Below are positions 11,301 to 24,212 of a DNA stretch of 37,524 bases, piece by piece (position 1 is the first letter of the stretch; the number at the start of each line of letters is the position of its first letter). The translations under genes and the position numbers were made by a program. The notes below the pieces were generated by a model that made no database searches, was not told where the DNA came from, and was given only the letters and a program-made list of their open reading frames with translations. The DNA comes from Octopus bimaculoides (taxonomy: Eukaryota), in the NCBI RefSeq assembly GCF_001194135.2, contig NC_068985.1, positions 78,660,853 through 78,698,376 of the forward strand. Direction: 5' to 3'.

Positions 11301-14300
11301 CAAGGGGTTTTATGCTCAAAAAATTGTCAACCAATATGTTCATGATGAGAGGCATTTGTAAACTGAGTTTCCATTGTATCTTTAGATTATCTGCTAACTA
11401 TTTCAGACAGATAAGTGGAGCTCCCTTCAGTCTCCGAGGCCCTGAAAAAGTTAAACAGTCAAGGTATTACCTTTTCCTCCTAGATTAAATTTTTAAATTT
11501 TACCATACTCAAAAGTATGGTAAAGGACCTGTCTGTTAAGCTTAGTGACAATTCAGTAATGCTTTTGTTTTTCTTTCTTTTTTTTTATTATTCTTCAGAA
11601 TTAGCTTTGTCTTCTAACAGTACCGAGGTTAAGGTCTACAAGAAGACCGGTGGAGGCTGGCAGGAGTATGAGACAATGACGGAACATGGACAAAAAGTAA
11701 CCAGCATTGATTGGGCTCCAAATAGTAACCGTATTGTCACATGCGGATCAGTAAGTTTGTTTTTTTTTATGTTCTTGTTGTGCAAAAATCCCTAACACAA
11801 GTTGAGCAAAGTTATGATAAATAATCTAATATTTAGAGACTGACAAAGCTCTGTCCAGACATGCACCCATCAAACCCCATGGGGAAAAGGTTTAATCAGT
11901 TTAATTTAAGCATGATGTATCCATGCTTCAGGGTATCTGTATGATTTACATTCTTTGAAGTTTGGTTTTGAACTTTTGATGAAGAACCTGGAACCATCTG
12001 ATCCAATTGGTATAGTGTATAAGTGGTGTGTGTGAATACTTGTTTACATTCACACACATACACATTCATTCACAATCTCACTGATGTGTATTTCACTTGA
12101 AGTGCTTTTATGCTAAACCGTATATACAACACTGTGTGTGTGTCTGTTAATTATGTCTGTTCAAAGTTGTCAAGTTAGTACAATATTGAAAATGTGTTCC
12201 TACCTACAGGACCGTAATGCCTATGTTTGGAATTACAACAATGGGAAGTGGACCCCCATTCTGGTTATCCTGCGCTTCAACCGGTCTGCTACAGTGGTTA
12301 AGTGGTCCCCTAATGGTAATTATAATGTTTCTTCTTTCTTTCTGTCTTCATCCTTACAACCACCTGACTTTGGAATAATTAACTGCTGTAATTGAGAAGA
12401 CACGTCTTGCTAGCTAAGTGAAATTACAGTTGCGGCCTAGTGCTGGTAATGTGTGAATGGTGCCAGTGACGTGTGAATGGCACCAGTGCTAGTGATGCGT
12501 GAACGGCACCCATGCCAGTGATGCATGAACAGCACCCATGTCAGTGCCGGTGACACGTGAATGGCACCTGTGCCGGTGATGCATGAATGGCACCCATGTC
12601 AGTGATGTGTGAATGGCACCCATGCCAGTGACACGTGAATGGCACCTGTGACCCGTGAATGGTGCCGGTGACGCAAGTGGCACCTGTGCTGGTGATGCAT
12701 GACTGGCACCCAGTAGACTCAGTGATTTGGTTGACATTATGAAGGGCATCCAGCCATAGAAACCAAAACATAACAGATTGGAACCTGGTGCAGCTCTCCA
12801 ACTTACCATCTCCAGTCAAACTGTCTAACCTATGGAAAACAGCTGTTAAATGATGTTTTTTGTTTAGTCAGAGAAAGAAGGGTTGCATCCATTACCTTAT
12901 TGTGCAAGCTTTCTGGGACTGGCAGAGGAGTAAAACACAACTGGAGGGTTATCCTTAGATTATAAACCTGGCCAGAATGCCTGCAATAGAATTAACTCTG
13001 CTAAAGGTACCCAAGGATCAGGTAGTGGTGATAAGCCTGGTCACAAATTGTCTAACATCTAACTGGCTTTTGTACAATTTTACATATTCAGTTTGATTGT
13101 CAAGGCTTGAGTCACCTAAGGCTAAAGTAGGTTGAACACAAAATGAATCCAGAAACTTGTGAAGGAAATAGCAACCACATCTCCCTCAAATCAAGCCTTA
13201 TCTTGTAAAAGGATGAGACATTAGGTACTATACTCTGAGATATATTATGGCTGAAATTAAATAGGGATAAAAATAGTCATGGCTGGAGTACCTTTTGATC
13301 ATAGGTCTGCTTTATCATGGCTGATCTGGTTCTAAACAACAACCACCACACATCATTTGACGTACTATATGCGTCACATGATGTGTCACACACCACCATC
13401 ACGGACAAAAATCTGAAAACAATAGGCTATCACTGCTGAAACAATCATTATATAGACATTCTCCTTGTATAAGACGACAATCTAAATTGCATTAATCTGT
13501 GGTTTACTGAATTAATTCTTTATCTAGCTCTAAGCTCTTCCTTACTACTGTGCAGATTATTCACATGCATAACTTTCACAGCCCACCTCATCCTCCATTT
13601 CCTATGATGTTTCGTTTTTCTTTCTTTTTCTTTTTTTTTTTTTTGTGTGTTGACTTCTATCATGTATCACTCACTGCACAACTTGCTCTGCTCTATGTTG
13701 GGGTTTCAGAAAACAAGTTTGCCGTTGGCAGTGGTGCACGACTTATTTCAGTTTGCTACTTTGAAGAGGAGAACAACTGGTGGGTGAGCAAGCACATTAA
13801 GAAACCAATTCGCTCTACCATTACATGGTAAGTCTCTCAGTTTGCTTAATTTTGTTGTTAGTTGTCTGTGCAACATTAGCTGGCCACATGTCTCCCTATA
13901 ATCTCCAAGGGACTTTCAACGGCTGGGATGTAGCTCTGTAGTTTCATTGTATTAACTCTGTCGTGCTGCGTTGCTGCTAAAGTGGGAATAGTTTAAATGT
14001 AATCTCTGCTTTATTTCCTGGTAAAGCAGTTGTGAACAAAACATGTAGAAAAATGAAAATAAAATACTAAAATTAGACAATTGATCATGTTGCAGCTTTG
14101 TAATCAAGTGTGTTTATGACTCCTTGTTAATAGTGTCTTCCATAGCATAGCTGTTGTTTACTTTTGTTTTTTAATTGAGAAGAGAAAGAAACCATTTTGC
14201 AATGAAATAAATGCATGATGAACCCGGCACTGCGTCTTGTAAATGAACAAGTCCTAGACTCTTTGCAGTTGAGGAAATTATTGATGATATTTATTCTTCA

Positions 14301-17300
14301 GTTGAAGAGTTTACACTTACACCAGCAATGAGAGTGATTCAGGCAATCAAACTGGTGAAAGTGATGAGGAAAGCAGTGATTTGGGTGAACAAATATAGTA
14401 GCTGAGAGATAAGCCTATTGTTATTCTCTGGAATTTTTTTTGTAATTCTGTCCATTGGTTTGCCTGCAAATGTTATTCTTGTGCTGCATATGCCACTATT
14501 TATTTTTTTTTGTTTAGGAGCTCAAGTCTGAGTGGGTTAAGCAGATGAAATATAAATCTGCTTCTGGATAGTACATTAGCCAAGTGCAATGGTTCTCAAC
14601 TTCTTGTAATTCAGCACATCCTTTCATGAAATGGTCTTTTACAGATGCCTTTCCCCGTGTTTTGCACTGTGGTTTCATATCTATATATTTTTATAGCATG
14701 CCCCTTTCTTTAGGTATTTGCCTGGGGTAGTTCCTTTTATGTTAAATTTTTATAGAAGTTACCAAAGAAGGTAAGAAATTATGCAATTTAATATGCATTG
14801 GACCTTTGCACATCATCAGTCATGTTTCTGCATACTGATAACACAATATCCTATTCAAATTTTAACCTCGACAAACAGTTGTTTATTGAAAATATGTTCA
14901 AATATAAGTCTAGTACTTGATTTGAATATTTTATTTCTAAGAAAGAAAATCACAACTCTTCTGAACATTTGTACAACTGTTAGTAACTATTAGGTATAAT
15001 CAAAGAATACCTTCTCACACAAGTGTATCTCTTTGCAAATGTTACAGTGCTATGTTTAAGCTATTGCACTTGCTCAAATATGGCATGTGTTTGTGTTGTA
15101 TAGAAGGTAGTTGTATCGAAAAATTATCTTTCATATTTTTTTTGTAAGTGTCTGTCTATGAAGTAGCTTGTCTCTTTTGATGAGCAAAGTTTTGAAAATA
15201 TAATATTGTATTATATTGAGCAGATTGGTAATGCTTAATTATTTAATGATGGATGTTGGATTGATAAGGCATGTGACCTAGTGGTTAGGCTGTTGGACTC
15301 ACAATCATAAGGCTGTCAGTTCAATTCTCAGGCCAGAGTGCTTCATTTCACTTTGTTCCTGTCTAATTAGCTAAAGACAAGATGTGTCTACTGCAGGTTG
15401 GCATCTTGAAAATTATTTCAAGTGCAAAATGATGGGGGTCTAGTATTGAACAAAGAATGCATGATTGTAATGCATAATTTTATATCAAATGTGGATAAAA
15501 AAGACCATGACATTTACAACACAATCAAAAAGTAAATAAATGAATAATCTTTTTCTTTTCAGTTTGGATTGGCATCCGAACAATGCTATGCTAGCATGTG
15601 GCTCCACTGACTTTAAAGCCAGGTAAGTGTTTGTTAATTTGCCTTGATGCATCAATAAGAGAATCTGTATGTGAGCAAGGTTAGAATATAGAATTATGAC
15701 TTCAGATATTGGAAGTTGGGTTTTATTGTAACATCACATCTAGAAGGTCTGATATTTGTCAACTCTACTGAAGACTTTTTTTGTTCTGTTATTATAAATT
15801 CACAACAGAGGTGGATTGGTAGAATGATTAGTATTGGACTTGTTTTATTTGTCCCATCTCTTTACATTCTGTGGTCAACTTTACCTTTCATCCCTCTGGG
15901 GTTGATAAAATAAAGTACCAGTCTGGGGTTGATGCAATTGAATAACTTCCTCCTCTCAAAACTCTTAGTCTTGTACATAAATTAGAAGCAAATGCAATTT
16001 CATACCTTATGGTGGGATGACCCTGTTGACAAACTTCCACTGAGGTCACATGTAGATTGGATTACATTAAAATATCAAATTTGAAAAGCATCAACTAATA
16101 AAAGCATTTACATTATAGACCCATAACCACTCTACTCTATCATTTCACACATCTAGTTGTACTAGGACATCATCTATATTGTGTTATAAGGCCAATGACT
16201 TAAAGAAATATCATCAATAGATTATCTTGAAAACTTGTTGTTTAGCTCCAGGTCAACTCTGATCTAGTTGACATATATTTCACAAGATGGTCCTGCCATA
16301 ACTATTCCATCTTATATTCATACAAAGTGTATCCAAGATTTTATTATCCATTCTGCCTTTCTTTTTTAAGGTTGTAAAAGTGTAATTTGAGGGAGATTTG
16401 GTTGGTATTTCTAAAAGTCAAGCAACCACATGAAAACTCACAGTTTGGCTTGAAGTTGTTCAACCCCAGGCCAACCTTTGATCCAGTACATGTATGTCCA
16501 AAGCAGTTCCATTCTGCTTTTTATTCAGACATTGTAGATCACTAACTACATTATTTGATGTGTCCTTCCAATGGTAATTTGAAGATTTGAGTTTTATTTC
16601 TTTTAGTTTGAGTGATCACATAAAGGTTCTCAGTTTGCAATAACTAAGTTGATAAGTCAGGACCAATGGCAAAAGTGAATTGGCCAGTATTAAGAGCCCA
16701 GCATCTCTTAGGTTCTGATTACCCCTTATGGAAATGGAAGAGATTTTTCAAACAACCTTGACTGTCCTATTGCACTATCTTCCCACAACTAACCATTGAA
16801 TGATAGCGTTCATTCTACTAACTATGAGTTTCCATCTGATCTCAAAACTAGGGGAAAGTTAACATAATCCAAAATACTGGGTCTGTCATCAGGCTTGCTT
16901 ATATAGAAGCTCTCAGTACTTGTCAATAACAGTAAAAACATGTCTATATTTTGCTTTGTAGACTATACACATTGAAGCACATATTCTGTAGTTACATGGT
17001 AGTACAGTCCCTTGCATAGAAGCTAAAAAATTAGTGTTATTCTTTATTTGACAGTTAAGAATTAATGGGAAACTGGAGCTTAAGTTTTAGCTTTCAAAAA
17101 TTTCTTGAGACAACCTTAAATATCTCCTCTTCCAAATATAAATAATGACACTATTTTAACCTACCTACTTTTCTAGAATCTTCTCTGGCTTTGTGAAAGA
17201 TGTGGAAAGCAAACCTTCCGGCAGTCCTTGGTGGGATGGGAAGATGAGCTTTGGCACCCTGATAGCAGAGTATTCGAATGGTGGAGGTAAAGAACCAGTT

Positions 17301-20300
17301 TCTTAAAACAGTTTTGGAAATCTTTTTTCCTTTTCTTTTCTTCTTTAAATGTTTTCATGTCATTATTGCTGTTCTTTGCTTTAATCTTATACTATTTATT
17401 GCAGGCGGTTGGGTACATGATGTGTCTTTCTCACCGAAAGGAGACAAATTGGCCTGGATTGGACATGACTCCAGTATTTCTGTAGTAAATGCAAATAATG
17501 GTCAAAAGTGAGTATTTCGTTTTATTTAGGCAAACTTTCATACTCACTCTGAGCCCACTTCTTACAGCCTGAAGTCATTAGTATGTTTACTTTAAATTGT
17601 TTTTACAATTTGTAGCTTGTTCTGAAATTCAGATCCACTATAGATGTTTAAATACATTCTTTCGACAGTATATTTCACTTCTATGAACAAATTCGCTGGG
17701 AATATTTCCTGTAAACAGATTGGTTTCCACTTCAAGGACACATTTATTTCTTGTCTGCTTGGTGATATGGAATTGAAAATAAGCACCAAATTTTCTTTTC
17801 AGAAATATATACTGAATAATCAAGTAAATCCTTCATTACACAACATAATTCTCATGGTCATCAGTTCAAACATTATCACAGCCACAGTTATGGGCTTCCT
17901 GAGACATGGGACGTTACTGTTTGTCTTAGTTTGTTTAGTTTACTTGTCCTAGTTACAACTCCTATATATGTCAGTCTCAGTATATAGAGATAGATAATAT
18001 TCCTTTGTATTAATTCAAACAGTTTATATACAGACAGACACTTTCATAAGCTTCCTCCCCATAACATTGCTGTCCTTATTAATTATCAGCTTTTTTTTTT
18101 CTCATATTGGTTATAGGTTGAACAAGTTTACAGTTCAGCAATCTCCAAGACATTTCAACTCCTGCCCCTTATATCTTCAACACAGGCGTGGCTGTGTGGT
18201 AGGAAGCTTACTTCCCAACTACATGGTTCTGGGTTCAGTCCCACTGTGTGACACCGTGGGCCAACCAAAGCCTTGTAAGTGGACTTGGTAGATGGAAACT
18301 GAAAAAAGCTCATTGTGTAGTGTGTGTGTGTGTTTGTTCCCTACCACCACTTGAAACTGATGTCAGTGTGTTTACTTCCCTGTAACTTAGCAGTTCAGCA
18401 AAAAGAGACCGACAGAATAAGTACCAAGCTTAAATGACAAAAGTACTGGGGTCGAGTCATTTGACTAAAAATTCTCCAAGGTGGTGCCCCAGCATGGCCA
18501 CACTCTAATGACTGAAACAAGTAAAAGATAATGAATCCCTTTTCACCTGCAGTACCTTTTCCTCTGTTGAGCCCTTAACCACTTACCATATGTAGTTCCA
18601 TCACACTATTGACACTTATGTCAACTTCCCAATGTAATTTTTCTACTTTTCTTTGGATTGTTTCACTTAAATCTTTATTTGACCTATTTTTCTCACCTGT
18701 ATTTTCTCCTTTTCTCCTTAATAGGGTCGCTGTCATTAAGGAAAAGTTTCTTCCTTTTATTTCTTGCACATGGGTGTCCGAAGAAAATATCGTGGCAGCA
18801 GTAAGTGTTTCAGTGAACTATTGAGATTCTAAAACTTTGAATGTTTTGTTTATGTAATCTAAAGACAGCTTTGGTTAACATTTTGTTTCTTTGTGCAGTC
18901 AGTGTGTCTCATAAAGTGGAGCAGGAGTGTGGGACACTGTGATGATTGGAAAAGTACAAATCACTTTGTTTAACTCTTTAGATACTTACTTACTTACCTC
19001 AGAATGTCCTTGGTTCTATTCTATGAAACAAACTTTGTTTTAAAGGAAACCTTCTATCAAAATAACACAAATATATTTTTTCAAAGCACCTGCTTAACAC
19101 TTTAGCAATTAAACCAGCCATATCCGGCCTGAAATATTCTACCTGTTTTATGTTCAAACTGACTAGATCCCACCTTTCACACCTACCCTACACTGTCATT
19201 CTGAAAATAAACCATCTCATCATTTAAAACTTGAAGTTACAAAATGATGGATTATTAATTCAAAGCAATGTGAATAAATAAGTATTACATTTGATAGAGC
19301 AACCTGAATACTAAAGGGTAATCATGACAGTTATTTTAATAAATTTTTTATTTGAAAACTTAATTGAGCCAAAGGTAGTATATTTCAACAGAAATATAGT
19401 AACACTAGGGTTAATAACATTATATAGCAAAATTATAATTTTTTTTTTTTGTCTTTGATCACTAAGTGTTATTTTCTATTTATTTCTATCTAGAATTCAA
19501 AGGAAACTACTACTATTCCATTCAAACTTAGCCTAGAATTGACATTATAGGTAGTGTGAGAGACTGGAATTGGCCAGTTTGAACATAAAACAGGTTGGAT
19601 ATTTGGGTTGGGTACCAAAGCGTTAAGGGCTTGAAGTATGAGGTAGCTTTATTCAGTGTATTGTTGTTCAGATCTAGATCAACCCTAATTGAGCAGAACT
19701 GAACTATAGTCAAAACCAATCTATCCATGGCTATCTCTTATGAGGAAGTATGTATGACTACACTATCTAATGCATCCTTACAGTAGGATGTGATTGAAGG
19801 AGATTTGGCTGCTACTCTTAGCAGGTCAAGTGACATTGATCCTGCTATTGGATTGGTTTTTGCTATGTGATGTGAATTTGACCCTCTGTAATATGAATTT
19901 GGCCCTCTGTAATATGAATTAGCTTTCTTATTAAGGTGATGAGCTGGCAGAATTGTTAGCACACCAGGTAAAATGCTTAGTGGCATTTCATCTGTCTTTA
20001 CGTTCTGAGTTCAAATTCCGCCATGGCTGACTTTGTCTTTCATCCTTTTAGATCAATAAAATAAGTACCAGCCGAGTACTGGGGTTGATCTAATCGACTA
20101 TCCTCCTCCTGCTCCAAATTTCAGGCCTTGTGCCTATAGTAGAAAGGATTATTATTATTATTATAAAGAAGATGGAATGGCAGAATGGGAAAAAATGCCT
20201 TGCAGTATTTCTTCGGTTTTTGTTTTTTTATGTTCTGACTTCAAATCTAGTTAAGTACTGGAGCCAGTATAAGTAACTAACCCTCCTTTCCTGAAATTTC

Positions 20301-21749
20301 AAGTTGTAAGCCTATATTAGAAACAAATATTATTTTTATTATCGTTATTAATTTTGTTATTTTTATTATTTTTCATCTGTAATTGTAGGGGTTTGATTGC
20401 TGTCCCCTGATGTTCAATTATGCCTCTAATGGTAACCTACGTTATGTTTGCAATTTGGACGTTCCTAAAGAACAGTCTCTTGGCACCCAGAGGTTTGTTA
20501 TTTGACTTTCACTCTCTCTCTCGCTCCCATAAATGTCATCATCATCATCACCATCATTTAATATCTACTTTTCTGTGCTTGCATGGATCAGATGGAATTT
20601 GGTGAGGGTTTTCTAAGGCTGGATGCCCTTCAAGTTGCCAATTCTCACCTTTACCTAGCAAGATAATATTTTCCCATGGTCAGCCAAACCTGTTTTTCAT
20701 GGAGCAATGTATAATGGTGATGCTTCTTTTACAACCATCACATGATGTTAAGACAAAGACACACACACACACATGCAATTATGTGTGTGGCAAGGCTGTG
20801 TAGTAAGAAGTTTGCTTCCCACCCACATGGTTTTGGGTTCAGTCCCACCACGTGGCACCTTGGGCTAGTGTCTTCTATTATAGCTTTAGGCTGACCAAAG
20901 CCTTGTGAGTGGATTTTGTAGACGGAAACTGAAAGAAGCTTGTTATATATGTATATACCTTTGTGTTTGTGTCCCCACCCTTCCCATCACCGCTTGACAA
21001 CTGGTGTTGGTATGTTTAGGTCTCCATAACTTAGCAGTTCAACAAAAGCAAACAATAGAATAAGTGTTAGGCTTAAGAAATAAGTCCTGGGATCAATTTC
21101 TTCAACTAAAACCCTTCAAAAGTAGTGTCCCAGCATGGCTGCAGTCAAATGACTGAAACAAGTGAAGGGAAGTAAAGGAAATATATATATATATTTAATA
21201 GGCTTCTTTCAGTTTCCTTGTACCAATTCTTCTGTAGCCCTTATTAGCCTAGAGTTATAGAAAATACTTGCCCAGCATGCCATGCCATGGGAATGAACTC
21301 CCTGATCATATGGCTGGAAATAAAGCTTCTTAACTTCATTGCCACAGCTGCACCTAATGTCAATTTTCATATTTAAACAAAAAAAAAAACTGCCTTATAC
21401 TGGGTCATTGGATTACTACCAAAGTACTGGTTTTTATGTTGTAATCAAATCAGTTTTATGTTATATGGTGGTAGGTGTCCATCTCTTGGTTATCAACCAC
21501 CTGGAAATTGTAGATTCAATAAACAAGTGAAGTGAGCTCATTCACATTTTTATTGAATCTGTAACTGACTGATCGAGAACTTGAAAATTCTCTTTAGCAT
21601 TTAGCTCTTGTGTTTCTAACCAGCACAACTATGTAAATAGTGTGTCTCTTATTTCAGCACATGCACACACTTTCTTCTTATCTCTTTCTCTCACACAGAG
21701 GTATTCATTTTCTCTCGTGCGCAGACACACACACACACACACACACGCA

Positions 21750-21790
<41 letters not shown>

Positions 21791-23887
21791 TACATGTATT
21801 CATCTCCCCTATTTTTCTATGTTGCAGTGCAATGCAGAGATTCCGAGACTTGGATAGAATGGCATCGGGTCCTGATGATTCTTCGAAATCTATGAAGACT
21901 CTTCATCAGAACGCGATCACGTAAGTTTTTCAGTCTAACTATGTCTTCAAGTGTGTGCATACATATCTATCTGTTTCTAACAAACTGTCATGTTTCAGTG
22001 GTATCCTTTCATTATGATATGATTGTGGAAGTTTGAGTTTTGTTTCTCTTGGCGTCTTTCTGGGATTGATTAAAGAAATTTTAAACAGAAAGAGAGATAA
22101 AACAATCAAACTTGATCAGTTAGAGTAAGATTTGGCTTACCAATTTCATTCTTTGTAGTGATGGATAAACTGCCTTATGGTAGGTATTTTGTTGCATTCT
22201 TTTAACTTTTAAAGTTCAAATCCTCTTAGAGTCAATTTTGCTTTTCATCCTTCCAGGAATTGCTAAAGCAAGTACCAGAATGTATGACCTTATCCTAAGT
22301 GAGAATTTAATGTTATAAATATTAGGGCACTGGATTAGCTGTTGTTAGAACATTAAGTAAAATGCCTTGTAGTATTTGTTCCCACTCTTTATGTTCTGAA
22401 TTCAAATGTTATCACGGTTGACTGTACCATTCACCCCTTCAGTGTTGGTAAAATTAAGTACTAGTCAAATACTGGGGTCAACTAACCCCAATTGGAAAAT
22501 TTCAGATTTTGTAACTATGTTAGATACAATTATTATCCATTTTCTTCCCCCTTTTTTTCTTATCTTGTTGCTGGTGATTTATAGTAAACCATTTATTTAT
22601 CTTGAGTGCTTGTGTCTTTCAGACAAGTGGTTGTCCATACTGGAACTAAGGAAAACTGCGCCAAGTTTTCTACCTCTGGAATTGATGGTAACCTCATAAT
22701 TTGGGATGTAAAGGTTCGTTGACAAATCTCGCTGTTATTTTCATCTCTTTATTTATTTTATTTATTATGAGAAGCAGTAAATGTAAACTGTAGATTTTAG
22801 GAGACAGCTCATCCTTAGTGGTGGGGATAGCTAAGTTCAAAGTTTATTCTTTTATCTTTTACTTCTTTCAGTCATTTGACTGTGGCCATGCTGGGGTACC
22901 ACCTTGAATTTTTAGTCGAATGAATCGACCCCAATAATTTTTTTTTTTTAAGTGGTACTTATTCTGTTGGTCATTTTTGCTGAATCACTAAGTTATGGGG
23001 ACACAAACACACCAACACCATTTGTCAAGCAGTGATGGTGGGGACAAACACAGACACACACACATAGATACATATATACATATTTATATATTGGGTCATC
23101 TCATAAATAATATGGTTTTCTTATACTTCTTTTATTTTTCAAAATTAAGTTCTTTTTTAATCCAAAATATACTCTCCTTCATTTCCTACAATGCTCTTCC
23201 CTCTGTCTCTAAACTTCCAAAATTCACTTGTCCGTGACAAAAAAATACTCCTTCACTACTATTTTGACCTCGTCTACAGAATTCATATTTTTTTCCATCC
23301 AAATGATTTTGAAGAATTTGGAATAAATGATAATCAACTGGAGCAATGTCCAGCAAATATGGTGGGTGGAACATCGTTTCCCATTCAAATTGCTCCAGCC
23401 TTTGGAATGTCATCCTCACTGTATATGCCCGAGCATTATCCTGATGAAAGAACACCTTTCATCTTGAAACCAAAGATGGTCAGTATTCTTCTAGTGCTGA
23501 CTTGAATGACCAAAATAGAGTCAGATCAGCAAAATCTTAAAGCCACGAGATAGTGAATGATAAGTTAAAAACAATATGAATAAATAAGTATTGCATTTGA
23601 CAAAATTTGAATGCTGAAGGGTTAATAAACAGAAAAGTTAAAAACGTGGCTCAAGGGTCTAATCTTTTCTGATGACACTTAATAATTGTCATGCATAAAG
23701 CTCATGACTTTATTCAATATTCTATTGACTGTACCCCTTTTTTGTAAATTAATGATCTTGTATCAGGGCAGACATAATACTTTACCCTGCCTTCTGTTTC
23801 ATGTCTTAATTCATTTGTTTCTCTCTCTCTCTCTCTTTTTCCCTTCAGTCTTTGGAGAAATCGTTAGCTGACATGAAGATTTCCTAA
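8307..23887 (+). CDS. ARPC1: Actin-related protein 2/3 complex subunit 1 (p41-Arc, WD40); join(8307-8373,11599-11750,12210-12315,13710-13827,15563-15622,17177-17286,17405-17507,18725-18800,20389-20492,21828-21920,22623-22713,23849-23887)
   Basis: Manual splicing gives 1119 nt = 372 aa + TAA, all GT-AG with matching phases. Family motifs: [100 protein letters not shown]. Confidence 0.97.
8608..9150 (-). mobile_element. Three tandem degenerate copies of SINE family C (other copies about 15800-15990, 19945-20330, 22200-22520, 36880-37050 on +)
   Basis: Repeated core gaaaggatgaaaggcaaagtcgacctc..agaatttgaac and tRNA-like head on -. Confidence 0.7.
9260..9450 (+). mobile_element. RTE-clade LINE reverse transcriptase fragment
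   Basis: [45 protein letters not shown] / [15 protein letters not shown], typical of the RTE/BovB-like region after the RT core. Confidence 0.75.
9621..9702. repeat. (CT)n / CCCTCT polypyrimidine microsatellite
   Basis: Directly visible. Confidence 0.9.
10506..10874. mobile_element. piggyBac-like MITE with TTAA TSDs, interrupted by a SINE; uninterrupted copy at 19098-19318
   Basis: TTAA|CACTTTAGCATTCA...TGAATGCCAAAGGG|TTAA (12/14 TIR match); body homologous to 19098-19318. Confidence 0.7.
10657..10823 (-). mobile_element. SINE family B with (ATG)n tail (other copies about 10080-10250 -, 20535-20720 -, 24688-24990 -, 12425-12860 +)
   Basis: Near-identical to 24688-24875: (cat)n cgtcgtttaacgtc...ctacagctggatgcccttcctaac. 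Confidence 0.8.
11071..11376. mobile_element. Tigger/pogo-like MITE
   Basis: Termini CAGTGGAACCTCAATTTACGAA and TTTGTAAACTGAGTTTCCATTG|TA are imperfect reverse complements of the Tigger type. Confidence 0.55.
11599..11750 (+). CDS. ARPC1: ARPC1 coding exon 2 ([11 protein letters not shown]...RIVTCGS)
   Basis: ttcttcag acceptor, GTAAGT donor, 152 nt. Confidence 0.96.
12210..12315 (+). CDS. ARPC1: ARPC1 coding exon 3 (DRNAYVW...KWSPN)
   Basis: ctacag acceptor, GTAATT donor, 106 nt. Confidence 0.96.
12450..12712 (+). repeat. About 26-bp minisatellite (gccagtgatgcgtgaatggcacccat-like, about 10 units) inside a family B SINE
   Basis: Unit starts at 12546, 12572 and 12598 give a 26-bp period. Confidence 0.85.
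13710..13827 (+). CDS. ARPC1: ARPC1 coding exon 4 (ENKFAVGSG...RSTIT)
   Basis: tttcag acceptor, GTAAGT donor, 118 nt. Confidence 0.96.
15563..15622 (+). CDS. ARPC1: ARPC1 coding exon 5 ([21 protein letters not shown])
   Basis: ttttcag acceptor, GTAAGT donor, 60 nt; too short for the ORF track. Confidence 0.95.
17177..17286 (+). CDS. ARPC1: ARPC1 coding exon 6 ([10 protein letters not shown]...YSNGG)
   Basis: ttctag acceptor, GTAAAG donor, 110 nt. Confidence 0.94.
17405..17507 (+). CDS. ARPC1: ARPC1 coding exon 7 ([23 protein letters not shown]...)
   Basis: ttgcag acceptor, GTGAGT donor, 103 nt. Confidence 0.96.
18725..18800 (+). CDS. ARPC1: ARPC1 coding exon 8 ([11 protein letters not shown]...NIVAA)
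   Basis: ttaatag acceptor, GTAAGT donor, 76 nt. Confidence 0.94.
20389..20492 (+). CDS. ARPC1: ARPC1 coding exon 9 (GFDCCPLMF...[12 protein letters not shown])
   Basis: ttgtag acceptor, GTTTGT donor, 104 nt. Confidence 0.93.
21726..21788 (+). repeat. (CA)n microsatellite about 40 nt upstream of the ARPC1 exon 10 acceptor
   Basis: Directly visible. Confidence 0.95.
21828..21920 (+). CDS. ARPC1: ARPC1 coding exon 10 ([11 protein letters not shown]...LHQNAIT)
   Basis: ttgcag acceptor, GTAAGT donor, 93 nt. Confidence 0.95.
22623..22713 (+). CDS. ARPC1: ARPC1 coding exon 11 (QVVVH...[16 protein letters not shown])
   Basis: tttcag acceptor, GTTCGT donor, 91 nt. Confidence 0.94.
23186..23482 (-). 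mobile_element. Mariner transposase fragment (second and third catalytic Asp region), pseudogenised
   Basis: [10 protein letters not shown]...[28 protein letters not shown] matches the mariner HDNARPH / HPPYSPDLAPSDYHLF motifs. Confidence 0.85.
23849..23887 (+). CDS. ARPC1: ARPC1 last coding exon ([12 protein letters not shown])
   Basis: CT-rich tract + ttcag acceptor; family-typical SLE...I C-terminus; AATAAA at 23992. Confidence 0.93.
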   Translation, partial: SLEKSLADMKIS

Positions 23888-24145
23888 ACATTCACCGGTT
23901 ATTATTGTCTTTCAACAGAGGGGAGTGCTGCTATTTCATACTTCTGAACAGTCGGTCAAATTGAAAAAATCACCGACGCGAGGGCAACGAAAATAAATTA
24001 GTCACTTTGTATCCCCCTTACTTTCTCCCCTCTCTCTCTCTGTTTCTACCTCTACTAGCATGCTCTGTAGTTTTAATCATGTAATAATTTCTGATCAGCT
24101 CTCTCTCATTATCCCTCTTTCATCTCCATCAACAATATTTTACCG

Positions 24146-24179
24146 GATGATGATGATGATGATGATAATAATAATAATA

Positions 24180-24211
<32 letters not shown>
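24146..24211. repeat. Compound (GAT)n(AAT)n microsatellite
   Basis: Directly visible. Confidence 0.95.

Positions 24212-24212
<1 letters not shown>

Noticed and set aside
12489-12819. Two overlapping minus-strand ORFs (106 and 92 aa) with repeats
   Set aside because: They are translations of the 26-bp minisatellite.
14210-14400. Acidic stretch resembling a piggyBac transposase N-terminus
   Set aside because: No catalytic motifs or TIRs were found, so it is too weak to call.
17229-17243. PWWDGKM in ARPC1 exon 6, apparently one residue longer than the usual PWGSKM
   Set aside because: An in-frame change in a variable loop; no evidence of significance.
23940-23985. 3' UTR hairpin gtcggt/accgac considered as a SECIS element
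   Set aside because: No AUGA/GA quartet and no in-frame UGA in ARPC1.
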